A stretch of 63,123 bases of DNA, filler included, from Reclinomonas americana ATCC 50394 (Eukaryota): NCBI GenBank assembly GCA_048213135.1. It is 11 parts of 11 records of this genome, joined end to end, with 100 filler letters (N's around TTAATTAATTAA, not from the genome) between each part and the next. Parts side by side here need not be neighbours in the genome. Positions count along the whole stretch, not along the records: positions 1 to 4,453 come from AFZH01018905.1; positions 4,554 to 14,361 come from AFZH01018908.1; 9 more parts are not named here. One strand, written 5' to 3'. Below the pieces are notes generated by a model. That model was not told the DNA's origin, searched no databases, and was given only the letters and a program-made list of their open reading frames with translations. The stretch's first letter is position 1, and each line of letters starts with the position of its first letter. Below, piece after piece: positions 1-10,800 of this stretch. The position numbers were made by a program, and so were the translations under genes.

Positions 1-74
1 AATGTGCACGGGATATGTGTGTGTGCGGAATGTGTGAAATGACGTTGCCTGTGCGTGTTTGTTTGTTTGTGCAG

Positions 75-1245
75 CCCATGTCGTCGTCCGACGTGAGCGC
101 CGGCGGCGACGACGACGGGCTGATGATGGACTCGGTGATTGTCGGCACCTCGACTGATCTCGAAAAGGAATACTTGCGCCTCACAGATGTGCCGGACCCG
201 ACCAAGGTGCGCCCCGAACGCATCCTCGTGCAAAGTCTCCGCCTGGTCAAGCGCAAGTGGCGAGAGGATCACAACTACAAGTACGCGTGGCACCAGCTGA
301 AGAGCATTCGACAGGATCTCACCGTTGCGTGTTTTGTGTCTGTTGGATGCACTTTCTCGTGCTCATTGTGTACTGCGCTGCTCAGGTACAACGCATTCGC
401 AACGAATTCACAGTGGAAGTTTACGAAACGCACGCACGCATCGCTTTGGAGCAGGTGTGTGTCGCCGATGCGTTCTCCCCCTCTGTGTTTCGGTGCTCAT
501 GCCGCACTGCAGGGCGACGTTGGCCAGTACACACAGTGCCTGGGCCAGCTGCTCTCTCTGTACAGCAGTGGCCTCGACGGGCACGTGGTGGAGTTTACGG
601 CGTATCGCATTCTGCACTCGCTGTATTCCAAATCGGCACGAGGTATGTTGCACGCACTGCGTTGAATCATCAGTCGCCTTGCTCAATTGGGCGCAGAGGC
701 CACCCTCTTGCTTGCATCCTTGTCGGCCGAAGACAAGAAACAGGAAGCCATCAAGCACGCTCTGGAGGTGCGCGCCGCCCTCGGCCCCGCAGACATGAAG
801 TTCCCCGGCATTCTGGACTATCAAAAGTTGTGTGCCAAGAGAATGAGTGATTGACGAGTCAACAGACAACTCACAATGCTGGAAAATCGCAGATTCTTCC
901 GACTGTATCGCACAGCGCCTAACATGGGAGGCTATCTGATTGACGTGTTTATTTCCAGAGTACGAGTGCGCGCACTGAAGATGATGTCACGATGGTGTGT
1001 GTGTGCGTGTGCGCGCGCGCGTTGCCTTGATTGCAGCCACGCCGACACACTTTCCTCATTCTGACGCACACAGTTACCGCCCGACGCTCGACCTGTCGTT
1101 CCTGCAACAAGAGCTGGCCTTCGACACGGATGCGCTATTGTGCGACTGGCTGTTGGAGCTCGGCGTCCCACTACCACCTCGCAACACACCACGATTCGAC
1201 TGCGTCAAACTCGCCGAGTACGTCAACAGATTACCGGAAGAGTGA
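75..1245 (+). CDS. LENG8: SAC3/GANP-family protein LENG8/THP3-like; C-terminal exons only, 5' end upstream of the window
   Basis: Spliced translation IVGTSTDLEKEYLRLT..PDPTKVRP..LKSIRQDLT|VQRIRNEFTVEVYETHARIALEQ|GDVGQYTQC..EFTAYRIL..FFRLYRTAPNMGGYLID matches remembered THP3/LENG8 motifs. GT-AG introns include 324-385 and 827-892; TGA at 1243-1245. Confidence 0.9.
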
Positions 1246-1367
1246 TTCCGCACCACCACCACCATCACCACCGTCACCAGCACCACCAACACCAAGTTCC
1301 ACTTGTTCCTTCTCCTCTCTTGACCTTTCTTGTATTCCTCTTTTTTCTTCTTCTTCTTTCTCTCTTT

Positions 1368-1699
1368 GTACGACGACGCGGACTTGCCTGCCGTGCCCTG
1401 CACCGCTAACCGCGCGCTGTGGAGAGCCCTCCCCGATAACTGCAGCGTGCGGAAAGTCGCAGGTTGCACGGTCGCTCTCCCCCTCGCCCCCCTGTTTTGC
1501 TCAAGAGTTACGTTGGCGCACCGTGTCTCGGTTTCACTGCATGCACAGGTTCCACCATCTTGGTGTCGGAGGGTGGGGGACGAGCGAGGGGAGAGTGACC
1601 GGCAACCGCGGCTTGGTACGAATCGGGGGGTGGAGCAAATCTCCACGCGCGCAACTCGCGTGTGCCAGGGCATGTGAGCGCGGCACTCCCTCGTCGTAC
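1368..1699 (+). ncRNA. Putative structured RNA: long imperfect rod/hairpin of unknown family
   Basis: Nested complementary blocks: 1368-1376/1691-1699, 1393-1400/1666-1673, 1411-1425/1640-1651, 1429-1437/1622-1630, 1454-1467/1602-1614 and 1469-1487/1584-1601. Non-Watson-Crick pairs in the stems are G.U on the + strand. Confidence 0.6.
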
Positions 1700-1940
1700 C
1701 TTTGTGAGAGTTGGGGGAGAGATGGGATAGGAGACGAAACAACAACAACAACAACAACAACATTTCCAGCATGGTGGGGCTTGGCGAGTGAATCAATCGC
1801 ACACAACGCAGACAACGTGGTGGGTTTTGTTCATGTTCCCATTTTGTGACGTCTCTTCGTCCCTCTGCGTCTCTTCGCGTGAGCGCGACTGCATCAGTCG
1901 CCGACGCAGCAGGCAAGCGGCTGCTGGCACCCCCACTCAC

Positions 1941-2620
1941 TCAGTCATCGTCCACAACCTCTGCCTGCTGTCGTGCGGCCTTTTTCCCACGCTTCTCCGA
2001 CGGTCCACCCTGCCACTGAGGAATCAGCACATCGGGAAAGAAATACACAGAGAGGGAGTTGGGCTCCACACAAAGCCCACCGAGGCAGCCGCAGTGGCTG
2101 GTCTCTTGTTGGCCGCCGGCTTGCGCTTTGGTTTCTCCGTGGCCGCCGCCTTCCTCTCCTCAATCATGCCACTGACAAACTCCGACAAGGCCGAGTTGCG
2201 ACGACAGAACAGACGCACATCGTCGGGTGTCACCGTCTTGCGTCCAGCGTGCTGCGCAAAGGCTGCACAACGGCGGAGAAGAAAGAAACAGTGAGTCGAC
2301 ATCGACTTGTCTTCGACAATTGGATCGCTCACCGTCCAGATCACTGGCCAGCACGTCTGCAGGATACGCAATGTGTGAGTCACTACTGTGTGTGCCTGTC
2401 AGAGTGTGTGCGTGTCTGCAACGCACCAATGATGCCACCCAGCAGCTCAGTGATCGCCGACACTGCTTTCTTGTCAAACGAGAATCCTCCGCGCGTGGAG
2501 GCTAAGAGAGATGGGAAAGCGAGTCAGCAACACAGTGACTTTGTGAGGGTGTGTCTGTCTGCCTGTGAGACCTTCTTCATCGCAAATGCGCGCAATCTCT
2601 GCGTGCAAGGCGCGATCCAT
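1941..2620 (-). CDS. CENPS: Centromere protein S / MHF1 histone-fold protein
   Basis: Spliced MDRALHAEIARICDEE|ASTRGGFSFDKKAVSAITELLGGII|DVLASDLD|AFAQHAGRKTVTPDDVRLFCRRN contains the DL.AFA.HA.R.TV..DDV.L..RRN signature. Four GT-AG introns; the true start could lie further upstream. Confidence 0.88.
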
Positions 2621-2939
2621 GGCAAACGTCGCTGCAGGACATGGATGGAAGACAGCTCAACAAAGGCCCACTGCAGCATGTAAACGCCACTCGTAACACA
2701 GAGGGAAAGAGAGAGAGAGAAGTGTAAGAAACGAGCGCGTTGAAGTGCGGAGACCGCGAAGTTGACTTCCACGACCTGCCTCTTCTGCTGCTGCGCATGC
2801 TGGAAGTCCGCGTATGCAGACAACTGCGGATTAGAAGAACACCAATCTTTGTGCGTCTCTCCTCCCACGCCAGTAGCTGCTTGAGCAGAGAACGACAGTG
2901 AGTTGTGTCCTGCGTTGTGATATCTGACAGAGATTTGCA

Positions 2940-4324
2940 ATGAGCGGAGCACACAAGTGGGCCGACGAGACAGAAGACGAGCTGCCTGCGGTGCCTGGCA
3001 GCACGCCACCTTCCTCCGCGCCCATTGCAGTCAACAAACCAGCTGCAACCGCGACAACACCACTCACAGGTGACACGCACTCTCTCTCACACACACACAC
3101 TCACACGCACACTTACACGTGCGTGCAGGCACCTCGCCTGTCTCTGGTCACCTCACTGTGACACAATCAACTGCTGCTGCTCTCTGGGGCGGAGGTGGAG
3201 ATGAGGGCTCGAGCAGACGACGTTGCGCTCTTCTCTCTTTGTGTGTGTGTGTCTCTCTCTCTCTCTTTACTCTTACATGCATGCACACGCAAAGGTGGCG
3301 GAAGTGGCAAGCGAGAGCGCTCACCAGCCAAGACAGAAGAGAGGAAACCAGCAGCAACAGCAGCAGCAGCGACAGCAATGCGGTGAGATGCGCTCTTGTC
3401 AGTCAGTGTCTCTCAGTGCGACTCACTGTGCACGTGTCGCAGTGCACCTGCTCCTCCTCAGCAACACCAACACCAACAGCAGCAGCAGCAGCAGCAGCAC
3501 AGGCAAGCAGCGACCAGGCCGACTGCTGCTGCTGCTGCTGCAGTGAGCGAACCACCACCTGCACCACCAGCTGCGTCGTCGGCTTCGTCGTCGTCGTCGT
3601 CGAGTGGGAGTGGAGGTGGACGAGCGTTTTCCACCAACTTGAGTCTGGAAGATGTTGCGGCATTTCACGAGCATATGTATGATTGCCTCCTGCGCGTGCG
3701 TTTCTCACTCGTGTGGGATGGTAGATCCGAGCGGCGCAGTTTCGATTTGCGGACGAGCGCGACTGGCACCAATATCACAATCCGCGCAACCTGCTGCTGG
3801 CGGCGGTCGGAGAAATGGGTGAACTGGCCGAGGTGCTGCTTGTGGAACGAGATCGTCTGTCCACTTGGTCATCAGACTGACTGCTTGTGCAGCTGTTTCA
3901 GTGGCGCACGGATCAAGAGGCTGCACCGGGGCTGCCTGGCTTCTCTGTCGGTATGCATGATGGCACTCACTCATCTCTCTTTTTCCCTCTTGACTGTTCA
4001 TGGCTTGGTGGTGCAGCGGAAAAGGAACGCGTGGCGGAGGAGATGAGCGATGTGATGGTGCTGCTCGTGCGCATGGCGGATGTGGCGGGGTTGCGTAGTT
4101 ACACTCTTGTGCTGTTTGTGTTGTTGACGCCGCTCACTGTGCATGCCGTGCTCGCAGAATCGACTTGTCGACAGCAATCCCCAAGAAAGTCGCTGCCGTT
4201 GCGTGCATCGGTAGTTAGTGAGCTTTGCGTCTTGTCCTCTGCACACACTGTGCCGTTGCAGAATGCCGTCAAATACCCGGCGGAGCGCGCCAGGAGCCGA
4301 CGCCAAAAGTACAACGAATTTTGA
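2940..4324 (+). CDS. DCTPP1: dCTP pyrophosphatase 1 (MazG-like) with a long low-complexity N-terminal extension
   Basis: Spliced LSLED|IRAAQFRFADERDWHQYHNPRNLLLAAVGEMGELAE|LFQW..EEMSDVMVLLVRMADVAG|IDLSTAIPKKVAA|NAVKYP; TGA at 4322-4324. Confidence 0.92.
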
Positions 4325-4453
4325 TCGCCGGCTTCTCCCCGCCTCGTTGGCGCGTCAACCACACAATGAATCTCTCCCACCACGCATCGACGACATTGTA
4401 CAGTCATTTGACAGTCTCCATACAATAATACCGACGACTGCTTAGCTAACTAC

Positions 4454-4553
4454 NNNNNNNNNNNNNNNNNNNNNNNNNNNNNNNNNNNNNNNNNNNNTTA
4501 ATTAATTAANNNNNNNNNNNNNNNNNNNNNNNNNNNNNNNNNNNNNNNNNNNN
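4454..4553. other. Artificial assembly gap linker (N-run, TTAATTAATTAA, N-run). The same linker occurs at 14362-14461, 16381-16480, 31650-31749, 38431-38530, 41782-41881, 44105-44204, 45877-45976, 50226-50325 and 52357-52456
   Basis: The same 100-nt construct, with stop codons in all six frames, occurs ten times. Confidence 0.98.
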
Positions 4554-4694
4554 GGCAAGATGCGCGTTGTGTGTGTGTGACAGTGTGCAGCGAGCAGAGA
4601 GTGGCAGAGACAGAGAGCAAGAGAGAGAATGCGATAGAGACGAAGCGCGGTCTCACCTCGATGGCTAAAAACGCAGATTGACCGTCCAGCTGAC

Positions 4695-4861
4695 CGACGG
4701 AAGGCACTTTCACCTCGTGACAAGAAAGAAGACAGCGAAAAGCGAAGTGATCGGGACCGAGAGAGTGAAGTGCAGAGTGCTATCCACCGCTGCTCAGAAC
4801 GACAACGCCAGGAGCGTGCAAGAATCGACCATCCCACTCCAATCGACGGAAGGCACTTTCA
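4695..4861. repeat. 18-bp perfect direct repeat CGACGGAAGGCACTTTCA at 4695-4712 and 4844-4861, upstream of DDX52
   Basis: Read directly; the copies are 149 bp apart, with weaker similarity just upstream of each. Confidence 0.8.
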
Positions 4862-4944
4862 TCTCATATCATATCATATCATCACGCACGCCTGAGCGCG
4901 CAACGGACTCTCCATAAGTGGATTTGAGACTCGCTGAGAAGAGA

Positions 4945-7526
4945 ATGGACTTGTTCGCGACGCTTGCACGTGGCGCGCGATTCAACAAGCATCGTGCGAC
5001 TGCCGCAGCCAGCAGCACCACCACTACCACTACCACTACTACCACAACAACGACGACTGCGGCAAAGTCGAGTGCCGGCGGAGGAAAGCGAGGCACGGTG
5101 TGTGTGTGTCTTTGTCGCAAGTGCACATTCACATGCACAGAAGCGCACACAGCACGCGCACACGAGACTGACGCGAAAAGAGCTGCAGGCGAATCCGTTT
5201 GCGTTGTCGGCGGAGGTGGAGCGGGAGCTGGACTTTTTTGGGACGTTGCCGACGAGTCGGGAGCGGAAAGAGAAGGAGGTGGAAGATGAGGAGTCGAGTG
5301 ATGATGACAGTGAGGAAGAGGAGGAGGAGGAGGAGCAGCCTGCGCGCAAGAAGAGGCGGTTGAGTGATGCGCTGTCGCTGGAGCATGTTGCGTTGTGTGA
5401 TGCGTCGACCTCGGCAGGAGCACAGGGTATTGATGTTTGTGCAGGTCAAAGGTCTGCAACGACGTGCTCGTGTCAAGGTGCAAGGCGACGACGTGCCGTT
5501 GTCGATTTCGTCGTTTGATGAGCTGGCAAAGTGCGTACACATGCGGGCGGTGTGCGTTTCTGGTTGGCTGGTCGCGTGCTCATTGGTGAAGACAGACTCG
5601 GCTTCAAGGACTACCTGCTGCGCAATGTTCGTGAGGGGGGTTTCACCGAGCCGACACCCATTCAGATGCAAGCGATTCCGTTGATCTTTGCGGGGCGCGA
5701 GCTGCTGGCCTGCGCACCCACGGGAAGCGGCAAAACGTTGGCGTTTTTGTTGCCGATTCTGGCCAGTTTGAAGGCATGCACGCTTGCGATCTGTCCTCAT
5801 TTTTCATCTCAAGTCACTCACCATGTGTGGCAATGCAGGCGCCGGCCGAGGAAGGCTTCCGCGCGCTCATCTTGTCGCCGTCGCGTGAGCTGGCAGAGCA
5901 GACGTACCGCGAGTGTGTGCACTTTGCACGCGGTCGCAAGTGGCGCATCTGCCTGTTGACCCACAAGAGCACGTCGAGTGCGACCTTGTCGTCGAAGAAG
6001 CAAGGTTTGCGTGTGTTATCTCTTCACCCTCTGCAATAACATCCACGGCACTCACAAAGAGGGTGCGCGATGCAGACATTCTAATCTCCACGCCGCTCAA
6101 GTTGGCGCATTTCTTGCGTCTCGGTGTGATCAAGCTGCAAAAGTTTCGCACGTCGGCTGCATTCCGTGCCCTTTGCACCCACTTACTCACTGTGACGCAC
6201 CACAGTGTGAAGCGTGTGGTGCTCGACGAGTCCGACAAGCTGTTCGAGCTGGGCTTTTTGGAGCAGGTCGACGAGATTATTCATGCCTGCTCGAATACGG
6301 GCATTCAGCGCAGTCTCTTTTCGGCGACGCTGCCGACTGGTGTGGAGGAGATGGCGCGTTCGTTCCTTGTGGATCCCGTGCGCGTCATTGTGGGCTACAA
6401 GTTACGACTCCACACAAACACGAGCAGGTGCTTGTCGCTGTTGCGTCGCTGCTGACGTGCGTGCATGTGCAGGAACACGGCCAATGAGTCCATCAAGCAG
6501 CGTCTCGTGTACGTCGGTCGGGAGGATGGCAAATTGCTGGCCATGCGACAGTTGATTGCGCAGGGAGTGCGGCCGCCTGTGATTGTGTTTGTGCAAAGCG
6601 TGGACCGCGCGAAGCAGCTGTATCAAGAGCTGGCGTACGAGGGTCTGAGCACGGATGTGATTCATGCGGAGCGCTCACAGCGGGAGCGCGACGAGGCTGT
6701 GGCGAATTTCCGTCGAGGGAAGACGTGGTTCTTGGTGGCCACCGATCTCTTGTCGCGAGGTGTGTGTGCGCAGTGGTGGGAGGTGGTGACGCGTCGTCGT
6801 CGTCTCACTCCGCCGTGCAGGACTGGATTTCAAGGGAGTGCAGCTGGTGATCAATTATGATTTCCCACAGTCGGCCACCAGCTACATTCATCGCATTGGT
6901 GAGGAAGATGGTGGAGATTGTGGAGAGTGCCAAGAGATTGATGATCTGACTGCTGCTTGATGCGCGCAGGTCGAACGGGTCGTGCCGGCCGCCCGGGCGA
7001 GGCTGTGACGTTCTTCACCGATGAGGATGCGGAGGTGCTGCGGTCCATTGTTAATGTGGTGCAATCGAGTGGCTGCGAGGTGCCCGACTGGATGTTGCAG
7101 CTGCGGAAACCCAAGTTACGCACGCGTGGCGCGACCTGTGAGCCATCACCCCGCACCGTCTCACTTCCTTCGCCAAAATTGTTACAGTGGCATGGTCAAG
7201 AAGCAGCGCAGTATGTTCCCGGTGAAGCGCGACAATATCTCTGCCGTCTCCGACTGGGATCTGAAGCGTGCCGAGAGGAAGCGGTGAGCGCATTGAATGC
7301 AGTGACTTTGCAATCGTGCCGACACGCTCACTCTCCGTGATGCAGGCACTTTATCAACGAAAGCACTGGCCGCAGTGGAGGTGGCGAAAAGGACCGATCG
7401 AGAAGCAGGTCGTATTCTAGCGGCATGGGCGACAGAGCTACCAGAGGTGGTGGCGGCGGTAAGCGCGGACCGCGGAAGACAGAAGTGGCCGGCACGAAAC
7501 GCCCGAGACCCACAGCAAGAGAATGA
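4945..7526 (+). CDS. DDX52: DEAD-box RNA helicase DDX52/Rok1
   Basis: Motifs: N-terminal [14 protein letters not shown] motif [48 protein letters not shown] and C-terminal [10 protein letters not shown]. About 12 introns; TGA at 7524-7526. Confidence 0.95.
5774..5838 (+). other. GC-AG intron in DDX52
   Basis: AAG|GCATGC...CTCAC...TGCAG joins LASLK to [14 protein letters not shown] in frame. Confidence 0.8.
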
Positions 7527-7546
7527 AGCGCTGATTGGGAGTGGAT

Positions 7547-7792
7547 GAATCCCAGTCGAGGTTTATGGAAATCCTGACCGAGGTTTATGGAAATCCCGAC
7601 CGAGATATAGGAAATCCCAACCCAAGTTGTTGAATCCCAACCGAGGTTTATGGAAATCCCAACCGAGATATTAGAATCCCAACCGAGGTTTGTAAACCCC
7701 AGCCGAGATTTGTTGTAAATCCCAACCGAGAGATATGAATGCCGACCGAAACACGTCGAAAACTTGACCCAAGTTGAAGTGCCAGTGATGTA
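7547..7792. repeat. Degenerate minisatellite, ~11 copies of a ~19-23 bp unit with core GAAATCCCAACCGAG
   Basis: Successive units include GTTTATGGAAATCCTGACCGAG, GTTTATGGAAATCCCGACCGAG, ATATAGGAAATCCCAACCCAAG and GTTTATGGAAATCCCAACCGAG. The array fills most of the interval between DDX52 and the next gene. Confidence 0.9.
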
Positions 7793-7842
7793 ACGAAATT
7801 TGCGCGGGAATCACTCCTCACCAACTGCAGGTCGCCGAGGTG

Positions 7843-10800
7843 ATGGCGCTTGCCTCGTTCCGTCCCGAAGAAGCGCGCGATAAGCTCGGGCAGCAAGCGA
7901 CTCTGCTCTTGCGCGCACTCGACGATGGTCAGTCCTTTCCACTCACTCTTCCCTCTCTCTCTCTCTCCCTCTCACACACGCACACGCACACGCACAGACG
8001 AACACGGTGTGCCCACGCCACTGAGCAACCGACTAACTGCTCTGCTGCGCTCTCTGCTGGAGGCTCTTCGACTCATGAACGTTTCGCGCGCAGCACCAAC
8101 ATGCACTGAGTGTGTCACTCTCTCACTGACAATGATTATCAACAGCTGTCGCTGCCCAGCGACTTCTTCAGTGACTTGGTGATCCGCGAGCCTCCTCGAC
8201 TCGACGCCAGTGAGACCACTCCGCGCAGAGAACGTCTGCAGTTGCATGTGGCCACTGTGCTGGAGGTCGTGCATGCAGACGACACTCATGGTGCGTCTTC
8301 TCTCACTCGCACTCTCACCTTCCTTCAACGCTCGATGGAGCTCACGCAGCAGTGCGACACACAGAGAGCGAGTCACCGATGAAAACGCTGGGGCGATCGG
8401 TGGCCGAGATCATGTTGTACTTGCGATCGGCGCTGACGGACATTGGCGTTGGGGTCGAGGCGATGCGAGTGGAGATGGAATCGACCCGCAGCTCGTTTCG
8501 CTTGTTCTCGTGTGGACGATCGCCTGCCGAGGACACGCCGACGATGCGCAGGCTGTCGCTGCAGGTGGACGAAGGTGCGGCACTTGTTGCCTTGGCGAGT
8601 GAGCAACCGAGTCTCTCAACTTTGCGCATGCGCAGAGCTGGTGGCGCTGGAGGGCATTGTGAACGCGTTGCATGGCGCAGTGGTGTTTGTGCCGACAATG
8701 GTGGAGGTGCTGAAGTTGCGGAGTCACTTCAACACGGCGCTGTTGTTCGACGATCCGGCCGTGGCCGCCTTTTGGAACTCGAAAGTCGGGCCGACGGTGT
8801 GTGCTGTGCCGCACAGCGTGACGCTCGCAGCGCATCTCAACTCAACGGTGTGTATGGGTGCGCGTGCAGCAAAAATACGTCTGCTTTAGCGAGCTGCAGA
8901 GGGCGTACTTTGCGTTCATGCGCACTGCTCGCCAGTACGACGGCGAGCCGGCACGACATGCTCTGTTGCGCGGATATCCGACCTTGGGCTATCCCCGCGA
9001 CGACAGTGATCCGTGTGTGCTTTTGCAGCGACTTTTGCAGCGGTTCGGCCATCTGGGCTTCGCAGGGTGGGACAGTAGAGAAAGCTGACTCTGTTTCGTG
9101 GAGCAGGTCGCTCAAGAAGATGCACGCCACCGATTTGGTGAGCAACGTCGAGTTCAAGGAGCTGATTCAGAAGAGACACCGTGCTGTCGGACAACGATTG
9201 GCCGACGCCGACGGCTTGCTGGCGCTGCTGGCATCTCTCGTGCAAGGTGGAGTGCTGTTTGAGGTGCTGGTGTTTGTGCTGCCGGCGCTCACACCCTTGT
9301 ACACTGCAGACGAGAAGCGAGTGTTGTTGAGTGCACAGGGACTGGTGATGGGCGAGCCGGCGTTGAGAGTGCGTGACTTTGTGTGGGCGGAGGAGGAATT
9401 GCCCTCATGCTCAATTTCGTTCACTTGTTTTTCTCTGCAGTCGCTGGCTTCGACCATGTTCACCTCGGTGGGCGCACCCGACTGGCCCAACCTGCATCGC
9501 TTTCTTGGCCCAGCCGTGAATTGGTTTGGTTCGTCCACTGTTAGGTTGAGAACGAGAAACGATAACACTCTCAGGCGCGCCTCACGTTTCTCCTCTCGGC
9601 AGTGAACTGCTTTCCCAAACTCGTGCAACGACTCGGTGGCGAGCCGCCGACTATGACCAAGATTCTCGAGACACTGGCAGAGGTGGCGTCTTCTCTACAG
9701 CTCCCTGTGCTCATCTGCCTCTCGCCCTGCTCACACTCCCGCAGGTGGTACCACGGTGGAATGACGCAGCACAGCGTGCGAGCACCGCATATTTTTCTCG
9801 TCTGCTGGACGTGCAGGATCGCCTCCGTCGCGCGCTGGTCATTCTCACAGATGCACTCGGCTACGGCGGTGACATGTCCGAGTTGCAGTCAAACGCTTCG
9901 GTGAACTCTGGACCATTGAGTGCTGCCCATGCGACAGCGGTGAGTTTCGATGACGATCGCTGTGCCACATCTCCGCACAACTGATTCTCATGCATTTTTT
10001 TGGTTGCACACAGGATGCGCACGGCCTCGCAACGTTCCTTCGCTGGTGCCTGAATCCAGACAGTCCAAAGGGCGAGCCGCTCTACGAGAATGGCGCTTGG
10101 ATGGACGACTGTTGCGTCTCACGCTCGTGTCACACCGTTTCTCCATTTTCCTCACCCTCACGTGTTACTGTCAGTGCTCCTAATGGCCTCCGTGTCGCCG
10201 TTCGGTGCCAGCTTCCCGCTGCCGGTCGCCGTTCTGCTGGAGTTGTGGTCCATGTTCCGGACTCCGTTCCTCATTCAGGCCCTGGCGCCGTCGCACATGT
10301 CGTCAGCAGTGTTGGTGCGAATAAGCGGGTCGATGACTACGCAGTGCATGCATCTGCTTAACAGCCGTCGCCTCCATCACAGCTCATGGCGCTGCCTGGC
10401 CGCCGCTCTCTGTTTGATGCAGCCGACTCGGTGCGAATTCGGGATGCAAGCGGCCGCGTCGTCGCGGAGCAGCACATTTCTGCACAGCATGTCCTGACGG
10501 TGTGTAGCATGTGCGCCTCTCTCGTGTGAGACGCAGGGTGGAACTGACGCGTGCTGCATTTGGCCAGGTTCGTCATCGCCACTTGCTGGTGGTCAACATC
10601 CCAGTCATGGCGGCGTCGTCGGGAGTCGTGCGAGCGGAGCTGGCGCTGCGGCAGCAACTGGACGATGCACAGTTGCGCTGTGGCTCCGCCGACTCATCTC
10701 ATGTGCTGCCCTCTTGCCTGATTTTGCTGCGCAGCTCATCGGTGCCTGTCGAGAGCACGGTTCCTCTTGGTCGCGCACTGAGCATGCGCTGCGCTCCCGA

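Noticed and set aside
1403..1413. Telomerase template (CCGCTAACCGC, 1.5 copies of a 7-mer)
   Set aside because: The segment is partly base-paired within the rod, no pseudoknot is apparent, and the telomere repeat of this organism is unknown.
1450..1615. RNase P/MRP RNA (GGAAAGTC ... GCGGCTT resembles the P4 strands)
   Set aside because: The two strands pair as part of a simple nested rod, not the P4 pseudoknot, and no P2 or CR-IV arrangement is visible. An Rfam search should still be run.
1368..1699. SRP (7SL) RNA
   Set aside because: The size and rod shape fit, but I found no helix-8 SRP54 motif with a GNRA loop and no Alu-domain motif on either strand.
7547..7792. CRISPR array
   Set aside because: Linkers are only 5-8 nt and similar to each other, the repeats are degenerate, there are no cas genes, and the context is eukaryotic.
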